DNA from: Mucilaginibacter sp.
Lineage (GTDB): Bacteria > Bacteroidota > Bacteroidia > Sphingobacteriales > Sphingobacteriaceae
Direction: 5' to 3'
Length of the DNA stretch: 64,000 nucleotides
NCBI GenBank assembly: GCA_041905165.1
Contig: JAYRLR010000002.1
Location: 235,859-299,858 of the forward strand
Made by a program: the position numbers and the translations under genes. The notes under the pieces are model-generated. The model saw only the letters and a program-made list of their open reading frames with translations, ran no database searches and was not told the DNA's origin. Of this stretch, positions 10,086 to 19,349 are shown piece by piece (position 1 is the stretch's first letter; the number at the start of each line of letters is the position of its first letter).

Positions 10086-11417
10086 ATGAACTATTCTACA
10101 TTGAAGAAAACAGTCGCATTCTCGTTCGCTTCTTTGATGGCTGTTAGTGTGGCTTTCGCACAAACAGATTCAACCTCAACAGAGACTTCGACCGAACCTA
10201 CTACTGCCAAGGTATTTGGTGGTTTGGGCCAGTACAGAACATTCAGCATCGGTGTAAACGGTGGTGCTACTTCACCGTTCAGCGCACTTGGCGGTTCAAA
10301 TGACTTCCAGAAAGCCGACATCAACATCGGTTACGGTCTGTCATTCCGTCAGCAACTTTCTCACAGCTTTGGCTTAATCCTCGATTTACACGGCGGTAAA
10401 GTTGGCGGTAACAATGACGAAGTTGAATTTGCAAATTCTGCATCTTACGACGTAAAATCATTTGAAACTAAATTCTGGTCTGCTACTTTAGGTGGTGCCT
10501 GGAATTTCGGTAGCATCGATTTCTTACACCGCAAAAACGCAGTTAATTTCTTCGCAACAGCTGGCGCAGGTTTAGCTTGGTACAAACCACAAATCAGCAC
10601 AACTGTAAACACTGATCCTAACACTGATTATAGCAGCGATTACATCTCTGAATTAATCATCCCTGTTGGTGCAGGTGTTAAATTCCGTTTAAGCGACGGT
10701 GTTGCCTTAAACTTTGGTTATACTATCAACTTTGTTGACGGTGACAACTTTGACGGCTACAAAAGAGGCTATCCTACTAAAGATAAATACTCTTACGGTT
10801 GGGGTGGTTTAGAGTTCACTCTGGGTTCTTCATCAAAACCAAACCTGGACTGGGTTAACCCAATCGCAGTTATGTATGATGAGTTGAAAGATCCTACTTT
10901 ACGTCAGGAAGTTGAAGCTTTGAAAGGCCGTGTATCATCTGTTGAAACTGCAGTTAGCGACCTGAAAAAAGATTCAGACGGTGACGGTGTATCTGATCAG
11001 TTCGACAAATGCCCTAACACTCCTGCTGGTACAGTAGTTGACGGTGCTGGTTGCGCTATCGTGTTCCCTAAAGGTGACACTACTGCTGCTGGTACTGCTT
11101 ATTCTAACATCCAGTTCGAATTTGACAGCTCAGTATTGAGAACTTCAGCTTACCCAGCTCTTGATGCTACTTCATCTGATCTGCGTTCATCTGGTGCTAC
11201 TGTAACTATCAAAGGTTACGCTTCATCAGAAGGTACTGCTGCTCACAACATGCAACTTTCAAAAGACCGCGCTAACTCAGTAAAAACTTACTTAGTTAAC
11301 TCTGGTGTTGCTTCATCACAATTGAAAGTTAAAGGTTACGGTGAAACTAACCCAATTGCTGACAACTCTACAGAAGAAGGTCGTATCCTTAACCGTCGTG
11401 TTGAATTCACCAAATAA
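10086..11417 (+). CDS. OmpA-family outer membrane protein
   Basis: 443 aa. It has a signal peptide ending AFAQ, an N-terminal beta-barrel region, the Asp-rich TSP3-type repeat DSDGDGVSDQFDKCPNTP and a C-terminal OmpA-like domain ending NRRVEF. Codon use is strongly biased. Confidence 0.9.
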   Translation: MNYSTLKKTVAFSFASLMAVSVAFAQTDSTSTETSTEPTTAKVFGGLGQYRTFSIGVNGGATSPFSALGGSNDFQKADINIGYGLSFRQQLSHSFGLILDLHGGKVGGNNDEVEFANSASYDVKSFETKFWSATLGGAWNFGSIDFLHRKNAVNFFATAGAGLAWYKPQISTTVNTDPNTDYSSDYISELIIPVGAGVKFRLSDGVALNFGYTINFVDGDNFDGYKRGYPTKDKYSYGWGGLEFTLGSSSKPNLDWVNPIAVMYDELKDPTLRQEVEALKGRVSSVETAVSDLKKDSDGDGVSDQFDKCPNTPAGTVVDGAGCAIVFPKGDTTAAGTAYSNIQFEFDSSVLRTSAYPALDATSSDLRSSGATVTIKGYASSEGTAAHNMQLSKDRANSVKTYLVNSGVASSQLKVKGYGETNPIADNSTEEGRILNRRVEFTK

Positions 11418-11449
11418 TTTTAATATCGCTTAAGATTTAGATATTAAGT

Positions 11450-11484
11450 GAAGGCCCCGGATAACCCGGGGCCTTCTTTTTTTT
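11450..11484 (+). terminator. Rho-independent terminator of the ompA-family gene
   Basis: The 11-bp stem GAAGGCCCCGG / CCGGGGCCTTC has a 5-nt loop and is followed by T8. Confidence 0.85.
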
Positions 11485-11498
11485 ATTAAATTTGCGCT

Positions 11499-11642
11499 AT
11501 GTACTTCTTCCGGAAAAAAGACCCGAACAGGCCAACCAGCTTTAATTTAAAGGTGATGCATACCATTAATGCTATTGCTATACTGATGTTTTTGGCAGGT
11601 ATTATCTGGAAGCTTATCGATTGGTTTATACTCAAAAAATGA
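11499..11642 (+). CDS. Small (47 aa) single-TM protein, absent from the ORF track
   Basis: It translates to MYFFRKKDPNRPTSFNLKVMHTINAIAILMFLAGIIWKLIDWFILKK, a basic N-terminus followed by one hydrophobic helix. Its stop overlaps the ATG of ridA (ATGA). From memory it resembles the ~50-aa DUF6728-type proteins of Bacteroidota, unverified. Confidence 0.5.
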   Translation: MYFFRKKDPNRPTSFNLKVMHTINAIAILMFLAGIIWKLIDWFILKK

Positions 11643-12016
11643 AGACAATAGTAAATACATCAAATGCGCCTGCACCTATCGGGCCATATAGTCAGGCCGT
11701 AAAAGCCGGCGGTTTTTTATTTATATCAGGTCAGGTAGCTATAAACCCGGCAACCGGTGAATTGGTGTTGGATGACATAAAAACTGAAGCTACGCAGGTT
11801 ATGGAAAACATCAAAGCAATATTAACAGAAGCCGGTGTAGACTTTAGCCATGTGGTAAAAACAGGCATCTTTTTAAAAGATATGAATGACTTTGCTGCGG
11901 TAAATGAAGTGTACGGCGGTTACTTTACTGATAACTTTCCGGCGCGTGAGACTGTTCAGGTAGCTGCATTGCCAAAGAATGTGAACGTGGAAATATCAGT
12001 CACTGTGTTATTATAG
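11639..12016 (+). CDS. ridA: RidA family reactive-intermediate/imine deaminase
   Basis: YjgF/UK114 family motifs APAPIGPYSQAV and PARETVQVAALP are present. I chose the ATG at 11639 (MKTIVNT...) rather than the upstream in-frame start at 11621. Confidence 0.9.
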   Translation: MKTIVNTSNAPAPIGPYSQAVKAGGFLFISGQVAINPATGELVLDDIKTEATQVMENIKAILTEAGVDFSHVVKTGIFLKDMNDFAAVNEVYGGYFTDNFPARETVQVAALPKNVNVEISVTVLL

Positions 12017-12041
12017 TACACTTAAATTACGTTAACGTATT

Positions 12042-14150
12042 TTGAGCACAAACGCTTTTGACACACCTATTGAGTATTTAAAAGGCGTTGGCCCGGTCAG
12101 GGCCGAGGTGTTAAAAAAAGAGCTTGCCATTTACAACCATGCCGATTTACTTCGGCATTTTCCGTTTAAATATATTGATCGTACCCGGTTCTATAAGGTA
12201 AAGGATGTGCACCCAGACATGCCATACGTGCAGCTCATCGTTCGCTTAAAACATAAAGAAATAGCGGGCGAAAAGCGTAACCGCCGCCTGGTGGTTGTGG
12301 CGCAGGATGATACAGGGCAGATTGAGCTGGTATGGTTTCAGGGCGTGAGCTGGGTAGAGAAGAGCTTGCGCGTAGGCAAAGCTTACATCATATTCGGTAA
12401 GCCGGGTATGTTTAACGGGCGGCCGCAAATGTCGCACCCGGAGATGGAGCAATATTCGCCGGAGGTGCTACAACGAAAAGGAAACCTTACTTTGCAGCCC
12501 GCCTATAGTTCAACAGAAAAACTAAAGCAATTCGCCCTTGATAGTAAAGGATTGCAAAAACTGGTTGCCATACTTTTAGAACAATATGCGCGCACCGTTA
12601 CAGAAAATCTTCCGCAGTATTTATTAAATAAGTACCGGTTAATGCCACGTGAGGCTGCTTATAGAAATATCCATTTCCCGACGGATGCAAACGCGCTTAA
12701 CGAAGCCCAGCACCGGCTTAAGTTCGAAGAGCTTTTCTTTTTGCAGTTTAGACTGCTGAAGAGCAAAGTGCACAGAACGCAAAAGTTTAAAGGCAATATA
12801 TTCGATCGCGTAGGCGACTATTTCAATACTTTTTACGAGCATAAATTACCGTTTGCACTCACCAATGCGCAGAAGCGGGTGCTACGCGAAATAAGGGTAG
12901 ATACGCAACGCGGTGTACAGATGAACCGTCTGTTACAGGGCGACGTGGGCAGTGGCAAAACCGTGGTAGCCTTGATGAGTATGCTGATTGCCATTGATAA
13001 CGGATTTCAGGCTTGTATGATGGCTCCTACGGAGATACTGGCTAATCAGCATTACCAGACCATACAGGGACTGGTTGGCGATGGATTTGTCGAGGTAGCT
13101 TTACTCACAGGCTCGACACCAAAAAAACAACGTAAAGTATTGCATGAGCGATTGTTAAGCGGCGATCTTAAAATATTGATTGGCACACACGCACTCATTG
13201 AGGATGCCGTACAATACCGTAACCTTGGTTTTGTGGTAATTGATGAACAGCACCGCTTCGGTGTGGAGCAGCGCGCTAAGCTATGGCGTAAAAATGTGAT
13301 ACCGCCCCATGTGCTGGTCATGACGGCGACACCTATACCACGTACACTGGCCATGACGTTGTATGGCGACCTGGATGTATCGGTTATTGATGAATTGCCG
13401 GCTGGCCGTAAGCCCATACAAACCGTGCATTTCTACGAAAGCCAGCGCCTGCGTATGTTCGGTCTCATGCGTGAGGAGATAGCTAAAGGCAGGCAGGTTT
13501 ACGTAGTTTATCCGCTAATTAAGGAAAGTGAAAAGCTCGACCTTAAAAACCTGGAAGATGGAATAGAGGTAATGCGGCACGAGTTCCCATTACCTAAATA
13601 CCATATCAGCGTGGTGCATGGTAAAATACCGGCGGCCGATAAGGAGTTTGAAATGCAGCGCTTTATCAAAGGCGAAACCCAAATCATGGTGGCAACAACG
13701 GTAATAGAAGTAGGCGTAAATGTACCCAACGCTTCTGTGATGATTATTGAAAATGCGGAACGTTTCGGTCTTTCTCAATTACACCAGTTGCGCGGCAGGG
13801 TGGGCCGTGGGGCGGAACAATCATACTGCGTACTAATGAGTAGCAATAAGCTGAGTAATGACGGTCGCATACGGTTGGACACCATGGTGAAAACCAATAA
13901 TGGTTTTGAAATATCAGAGATAGACCTGCAATTACGCGGGCCGGGCAACATTGAGGGCACACAGCAAAGCGGTGTGCTCGACCTTAAAGTGGCTAATCTT
14001 GCTACAGACCAGGAACTGTTGGTAATGGTACGGCATTGTGTAGAAGAAATATTTGAAAAAGACCCACAGCTTGCCTTGCCGGAGCATAGTATCCTGCACC
14101 AGGCGACCGAAGCAAAAGGCACCGGATTAACGTGGGATAAGATATCGTAG
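12042..14150 (+). CDS. recG: ATP-dependent DNA helicase RecG
   Basis: 702 aa with a TTG start. It has an N-terminal wedge/OB region, Walker A GDVGSGKT, the DEQH box VIDEQHRFG and motif VI QLHQLRGRVGRG. Confidence 0.95.
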   Translation: MSTNAFDTPIEYLKGVGPVRAEVLKKELAIYNHADLLRHFPFKYIDRTRFYKVKDVHPDMPYVQLIVRLKHKEIAGEKRNRRLVVVAQDDTGQIELVWFQGVSWVEKSLRVGKAYIIFGKPGMFNGRPQMSHPEMEQYSPEVLQRKGNLTLQPAYSSTEKLKQFALDSKGLQKLVAILLEQYARTVTENLPQYLLNKYRLMPREAAYRNIHFPTDANALNEAQHRLKFEELFFLQFRLLKSKVHRTQKFKGNIFDRVGDYFNTFYEHKLPFALTNAQKRVLREIRVDTQRGVQMNRLLQGDVGSGKTVVALMSMLIAIDNGFQACMMAPTEILANQHYQTIQGLVGDGFVEVALLTGSTPKKQRKVLHERLLSGDLKILIGTHALIEDAVQYRNLGFVVIDEQHRFGVEQRAKLWRKNVIPPHVLVMTATPIPRTLAMTLYGDLDVSVIDELPAGRKPIQTVHFYESQRLRMFGLMREEIAKGRQVYVVYPLIKESEKLDLKNLEDGIEVMRHEFPLPKYHISVVHGKIPAADKEFEMQRFIKGETQIMVATTVIEVGVNVPNASVMIIENAERFGLSQLHQLRGRVGRGAEQSYCVLMSSNKLSNDGRIRLDTMVKTNNGFEISEIDLQLRGPGNIEGTQQSGVLDLKVANLATDQELLVMVRHCVEEIFEKDPQLALPEHSILHQATEAKGTGLTWDKIS

Positions 14151-14416
14151 GGGGTAGTTATTAGTAGGTAGTGATTAGAGATTAGTTATATTGATCTTGA
14201 AAGTCGTTTCAAAGGAAGATAACTGCTGAAATAACTTACTGCTAAAGTGGCTGATTGACAGGGTTCACTTTCAGGAGTTAAGTGAGCTTTCTTCTTTATT
14301 CTTTTCGCTCCTAGCCCTTTCCCCTTTGAACTATAACCTTTCTGCGCTCACCTTTCTGCTTTTCGCTTTTTCCTTTCCCCTTTTGCCTTATATTTGTTAA
14401 AACTGACTCCACGACA

Positions 14417-15796
14417 ATGAAAAAAACTTTACTCTCGCTGGCACTATTGGGTGCCATGTTCAGCGCAAAGGCACAGGACTCTGTGATGATGCGTAAAATA
14501 TATGACGAAGCGCTTGTTAACGGACAAGACTATGAAAATCTTCGTTATCTCTGTAAAAAGATAGGCGCAAGGCTCAGCGGCTCACCAAATGCGCAGAAGG
14601 CAGTTGAGTGGGGCAAAAAGCTGATGGAAGATTACGGCTTTGATAAGGTATACCTGCAGGAAACCATGGTGCCGCATTGGGTACGTGGCGAAAAGGAACA
14701 AGCTTTTATCATTGATGGCAAAAAGAAAATACCTGTGCCTATCTGTGCTTTGGGTATGTCTGTTGCTACGCCTGCAGCGGGTATAACCGCCAGCGTTATT
14801 GAAGTAAAGGGTATTGACGAATTAAAACAGTTGGGAGAGGCAACGGTAAAGGGTAAGATAGTTTTCTTTAACCGTCCGTTTGATCCACGTTTTATTGAAA
14901 CAGGGCATGGCTACGGCACTGCCGGCGATCAGCGTTTTATTGGTCCGGCGGAGGCAGCTAAACTCGGCGCTGTCGGCGTTATAGTGCGCTCAATCACACC
15001 AGCGCATGATGATTTCCCTCATACAGGCGGTACGTTAACGCCTGAAGGTGTTAAAGCCATTCCGGCAGCAGCTATATCAACTGTTGCTGCAGACAAGCTG
15101 AGCGCAATGTTAAAGCTGCGCAAATTCCCGCAGGCTAAATTCTGGTTTAAACAAAGCTGCCAAACCTTGCCTGATGTTAAGTCGTACAACGTGGTAGGAG
15201 AACTTACCGGTACGGAGCATGCCAACCGTGTTATTACTGTAGGCGGTCACCTTGACTCGTGGGACTTAGCCGAGGGTGCACATGATGATGGTACAGGCAT
15301 TGTACAATCGGCCGAAGTGCTGCGCATTTTCAAGGCATTAGGGTACAAGCCTAAAAATACGGTGCGTGCGGTGTTCTTCATGAACGAAGAAAACGGTACA
15401 CGCGGTGGTAATACTTATGCTAAGCTCGCTGCGCAGAACAAAGAAGAACATATTGTAGCTATAGAAACCGATGAGGGCGGTTTTGTTCCGCGTGGTTTTG
15501 GTTTTGATGCCTCGCCGGATGTGGTAGCCAAAATCAACAAAAACTGGAAAAAGCTTTTTGAGCCTTATGAAGCCGACCGTTTAGTGGTAGGTGAAGGTGG
15601 TACGGATATTGAGCCGCTTAAAGAAAGTGTACCGGGTATCACATTGGTCAGCTTCCTGCCAGATTCACAACGTTATTTTGATATACACCACACAGCAAAC
15701 GATGTGTTCGAGAACGTAAACCGCCGCGAGCTGGAGTTAGGGTCAGCAGCTATGGCATCATTAATCTATTTGATTGATCAGCATGGGTTAAAATAA
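14417..15796 (+). CDS. M28 family metallopeptidase (secreted aminopeptidase)
   Basis: 459 aa with a signal peptide and the zinc-site contexts GGHLDSWDLAEGAHDDGTG and FFMNEENG. Confidence 0.9.
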   Translation: MKKTLLSLALLGAMFSAKAQDSVMMRKIYDEALVNGQDYENLRYLCKKIGARLSGSPNAQKAVEWGKKLMEDYGFDKVYLQETMVPHWVRGEKEQAFIIDGKKKIPVPICALGMSVATPAAGITASVIEVKGIDELKQLGEATVKGKIVFFNRPFDPRFIETGHGYGTAGDQRFIGPAEAAKLGAVGVIVRSITPAHDDFPHTGGTLTPEGVKAIPAAAISTVAADKLSAMLKLRKFPQAKFWFKQSCQTLPDVKSYNVVGELTGTEHANRVITVGGHLDSWDLAEGAHDDGTGIVQSAEVLRIFKALGYKPKNTVRAVFFMNEENGTRGGNTYAKLAAQNKEEHIVAIETDEGGFVPRGFGFDASPDVVAKINKNWKKLFEPYEADRLVVGEGGTDIEPLKESVPGITLVSFLPDSQRYFDIHHTANDVFENVNRRELELGSAAMASLIYLIDQHGLK

Positions 15797-15820
15797 TTAA
15801 CCACTGAATGTAAAAATACC

Positions 15821-15857
15821 AAAGGCAGAGCGTTACACGGCTCTGCCTTTTTCATTT
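15821..15857 (+). terminator. Rho-independent terminator
   Basis: GGCAGAGC (15824-15831) pairs with GCTCTGCC (15840-15847) and is followed by TTTTTCATTTT. Confidence 0.75.
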
Positions 15858-15890
15858 TATCGCTATTTTTGCATAAAATTAAAATACCAC

Positions 15891-17228
15891 GTGCCCGACG
15901 CTGATAGTACAATCCCCCCTGTAAAACCCGACCCATACGCCGCGCTGCGGTTCAAAGATTTCAGGTCATACCTGGCCATGCGCTTCTTTTTTACTTTTGC
16001 TTACCAGATGCAGAACGTTGTGCTGGGCGCTTATATATACGATGTTACACATGACAAGTTTGCGCTTGGCCTGATAGGATTGTATGAGGCCATACCGGCT
16101 ATGGGACTTGGATTATACGGCGGCTACATTGCGGACAAGCTGGAGAAAAAGCGTATGCTGCTGCTCATTTTTGCAACTGTGCTGGTATCTTCATTCGTGA
16201 TGCTCACAGTTACTCACAGCAGTGCAGGTAACTTTGTGCAGATGCATCATGCCGTGTATGTAATTTATGGCATGCTGTTTTTAAATGGTATTGCACGGGC
16301 ATTTTATGCTCCGGCCGCCTTTTCGGTGTTGGCCAACAGCGTACCGCGTGAGGTTTATACCAATTCAAGCACCTGGAATAGTTCCAGTTTCCAAACGGCA
16401 TCTATTATAGCGCCGGTTATAGGTGGATTTATCTATGGTTTTTGGGGGATAACCGCATCATTTATTGCCATTCTTTCTTTCCTGGTAATTGCTTTTGTTT
16501 CGGTAGTGCTGTTGAAAAAGGTGCCGCCTGTTTTTGCTGCAAAAGAAAATCTTTGGAAGAGCCTGTCAGAAGGTATCAGGTTTGTATTTAAAACCAAAAT
16601 GCTTGTAGGAGCACTTAGTCTTGATATGTTCTCCGTGTTTTTTGGCGGAGCCGTAGCGTTGCTGCCCGTGTTTGCTAAGGATATCCTGCACGTTGGTCCC
16701 GAAGGGCTGGGTATAATGCGAGGAGCCGCCTCACTAGGGGCTGTGCTTACCATGTTTGCAATGACGCGCTTTTCGCCGATGAACCGCCCATGGCGAAACC
16801 TGCTCATTGCTGTAGTAGGCTTTGGGCTTTCAATAATTTGCTTTGGTCTGTCTACCAATTTTTACCTGTCCTTGTTTTTCCTTTTCACAGAAGGAGCTTT
16901 TGACAGCGTGAGTGTGCTGATACGCGGCACCATTATGCAGTTACTCACGCCGGAGAATATGCGTGGCAGGGTGTCGTCCGTAAATCAGCTCTTCCTTAAT
17001 TCGTCTAACGAAATTGGTGAATTTGAATCAGGCGTGGCTGCCAAACTGCTCAATACTGTGCCAGCAGTTGTTTTTGGCGGAACCATGACCTTGATAGTAG
17101 TCTTCATCACCTGGCTTAAAACTAAAAAGCTTGTACCTGTTACTTTAAATGATATTGTGCAGCAACCCGCACCGGTAACAGTGTCGGCGGAGCAATCATC
17201 TACTTCACACTCCGCTTCAGCAGAATAA
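15891..17228 (+). CDS. MFS transporter
   Basis: 445 aa with a GTG start and about 12 predicted TM helices in a typical MFS_1 layout. The low-complexity C-terminal tail overlaps the convergent gene. Confidence 0.85.
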   Translation: MPDADSTIPPVKPDPYAALRFKDFRSYLAMRFFFTFAYQMQNVVLGAYIYDVTHDKFALGLIGLYEAIPAMGLGLYGGYIADKLEKKRMLLLIFATVLVSSFVMLTVTHSSAGNFVQMHHAVYVIYGMLFLNGIARAFYAPAAFSVLANSVPREVYTNSSTWNSSSFQTASIIAPVIGGFIYGFWGITASFIAILSFLVIAFVSVVLLKKVPPVFAAKENLWKSLSEGIRFVFKTKMLVGALSLDMFSVFFGGAVALLPVFAKDILHVGPEGLGIMRGAASLGAVLTMFAMTRFSPMNRPWRNLLIAVVGFGLSIICFGLSTNFYLSLFFLFTEGAFDSVSVLIRGTIMQLLTPENMRGRVSSVNQLFLNSSNEIGEFESGVAAKLLNTVPAVVFGGTMTLIVVFITWLKTKKLVPVTLNDIVQQPAPVTVSAEQSSTSHSASAE

Positions 17229-18006
17229 AGTAACCTGCAAAAAACACTACAGCGGCCACAGCAAGGCTTACGTATACATCATCCGTAAGAATATTAATCA
17301 CCAATTCTTTGGATGCCGGACCGCCTTTGCTGCTGCGCGGCATCATGCTCGTAAGGGCCAGCATGGGGTGCGCATAGGGAAACAGGTAAGCATACTTCCA
17401 GTTCATGGACGCCATTATCACGCCGGAAATGGTGCCCACGAAGCCCAGGCCCATCGGTTTCAAGAAATCCTTCCATAACAGGCTTAAGAAGAATTGTAAA
17501 GACAAAATACCTAATCCAGACAGGAAGAGCTTGAAGTATACCTCAAACAACGTCTTCTCCATGTGGTAGTCGCCAAATTTAAGTTCTGGTTTTAAAGCGC
17601 TTAAAAGGTTAGCGAAGCCAATAGTGAACACCACGAATAGCAGCAGGCTCAGAAAAAGCAGTAACAGAGCGTAAAAGTATTTGGCTGCATAAACGGATAG
17701 TTTTGGCAACGGCAGGCTGAACAGGGTTTTCCAGGTATCGGCCCGGTGCTCAATGTTATTTACCGAGTAAGCCAGAAATACTACAAACATGGGTAATAAC
17801 AAAACGCCCATAATATTGAGTACACCACCTGTAAACCGTATCCAAAGCAACATGCCCGGCATGCCAGCCATCTTATCGCTATTAGCAAAAAAGCCTATGG
17901 ACATTAGCAGGCATATTACAAGCGGCAGCAATATGGCACACCAAAAGCCAAGCGTTTTGCGGCTTTTGTAAAACTCCGACCATAGAGAGAGGAAGAATGC
18001 TTTCAT
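17200..18006 (-). CDS. ABC-2 type transporter permease
   Basis: 268 aa with about 6 TM helices. It lies immediately downstream of the ABC ATPase. Confidence 0.8.
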   Translation of the reverse strand: MKAFFLSLWSEFYKSRKTLGFWCAILLPLVICLLMSIGFFANSDKMAGMPGMLLWIRFTGGVLNIMGVLLLPMFVVFLAYSVNNIEHRADTWKTLFSLPLPKLSVYAAKYFYALLLLFLSLLLFVVFTIGFANLLSALKPELKFGDYHMEKTLFEVYFKLFLSGLGILSLQFFLSLLWKDFLKPMGLGFVGTISGVIMASMNWKYAYLFPYAHPMLALTSMMPRSSKGGPASKELVINILTDDVYVSLAVAAVVFFAGYFILLKRSVK

Positions 18007-18013
18007 GCTTATA

Positions 18014-18913
18014 TCAGGCTTGTTGAGTGATGGTTAAGAACAATTTTTCCAGATCCTGCTGTTGTTTGCCAATGCTGTAAACGGTATAGCCATTGGTAAC
18101 AAGAAGTGTATTAATTTGTCCGGCTTGTTGTTTTGATAGGTAGGGTAGGGTAATAAGGGTATCTGTAACCTGAGTTACATCGTATTGGTTACGTTTAAGC
18201 AAGTTAGCAGCGTCAACGGTATTGTCAGCTTCAATCAAAATCAGGGGCTGACTTATTGCTTCCAGTTCGCTGATGCTTCCCTGGAATAGCATTTTACCTT
18301 TGTTAATGATGCCTACGTGAGTAGCCATGCGTTCAATCTCCGAAAGTAGGTGACTGCTGATGAATACCGTTTTACCATGTTGTTTGGTTAAGCGTATCAG
18401 TAGCTCTCTTATTTCAATGATTCCGTTCGGGTCGAGACCGTTGGTTGGTTCATCAAGTATAAGCAATTCCGGATCGGTCAGCAGTGCCAGCGCAATGCCC
18501 AACCGCTGTTTCATACCCAGCGAATACTGTCCTGCTTTTTTTGCTGCGGCATTTTCCAGACGCACCAGTTGCAGCATTTCATCCACCCTTGCTAAAGGCA
18601 CCTGCAGTAAGCGGGCACGGTTAATCAGGTTTTCCCGGCCGGTGAGGTGCTGATAAATAGCGGGCTGCTCAATAAGCGAACCTATTTGCGAGAGTACAGC
18701 TATACGGTGTTTTTTTAAATCGCTGCCAAAAACAAAAATGCTGCCTTCATCTGTCTTTAACAGATTAAGCAGCAGTTTAATGGTGGTTGTTTTGCCGGCG
18801 CCGTTTGGCCCCAGGAAACCATAAATGCTTCCTTTAGGTACTTCCAGCGAGAGTGAATCGACAATCTTTTGGTCGCCGTAGTAAAAGGTGAGGGCTTCCG
18901 TGCGGATTACCAT
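18014..18913 (-). CDS. ABC transporter ATP-binding protein
   Basis: Walker A GPNGAGKTT, the signature-like YSLGMKQRLG and Walker B LLILDEPTNGLD are present. I chose the start at MVIRTEALTFYYG (ATG 18913) rather than 18937. Confidence 0.9.
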   Translation of the reverse strand: MVIRTEALTFYYGDQKIVDSLSLEVPKGSIYGFLGPNGAGKTTTIKLLLNLLKTDEGSIFVFGSDLKKHRIAVLSQIGSLIEQPAIYQHLTGRENLINRARLLQVPLARVDEMLQLVRLENAAAKKAGQYSLGMKQRLGIALALLTDPELLILDEPTNGLDPNGIIEIRELLIRLTKQHGKTVFISSHLLSEIERMATHVGIINKGKMLFQGSISELEAISQPLILIEADNTVDAANLLKRNQYDVTQVTDTLITLPYLSKQQAGQINTLLVTNGYTVYSIGKQQQDLEKLFLTITQQA

Positions 18914-19122
18914 ACGTTTTCCTGGCTTATACCGCAAACGGTTTTAAATAATGTTACGCCTTTTACAAACAGTGATGTTGCCTGTTTGGCTTGTTGTATA
19001 TTGTTGCCTTGTACAAAATTCTGTTTTGATGAAAACTGATATGCTACGCCCATAAACATGGCAAACACAACAGGTACCAGCATCAGTACGAAAGGGTTTG
19101 AGTGATTGATTAACTTTTTCAT
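18907..19122 (-). CDS. Small (71 aa) membrane protein, hypothetical, first gene of the ABC operon
   Basis: It has one N-terminal TM helix (FVLMLVPVVFAMFMGVAY). Its stop lies 1 nt before the ATPase ATG. No recognisable domain. Confidence 0.45.
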   Translation of the reverse strand: MKKLINHSNPFVLMLVPVVFAMFMGVAYQFSSKQNFVQGNNIQQAKQATSLFVKGVTLFKTVCGISQENVW

Positions 19123-19349
19123 TGCGATTGATTTTGATACAACAAAGGAATATTAAATAATCAAGCCCTTAAAATGTATTAGACCAACGCCAATTATTTA
19201 TAGATGAACAGGCCACTGTCGGTTCGTCGGTAAAAAAAGGCAGTTCATCGAACAAAAGGGTGTTTGTATATAATAGGTGGCCGTTTGACGCCAGCCGTTG
19301 CTGATTTAGGTGAGTAAACACGTATTTTTATCACAGAATAAATACCCTT

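Noticed and set aside
13052-14122. Several minus-strand ORFs of 62-121 aa inside recG.
   Set aside because: They are antisense to a complete RecG with all helicase motifs. Their Cys/Arg/Ser-rich composition is typical of shadow frames.
16433-16858. A 141-aa minus-strand ORF inside the MFS gene.
   Set aside because: It is antisense to a 12-TM transporter gene. Its Pro/Ser/Arg-rich translation shows no family resemblance.
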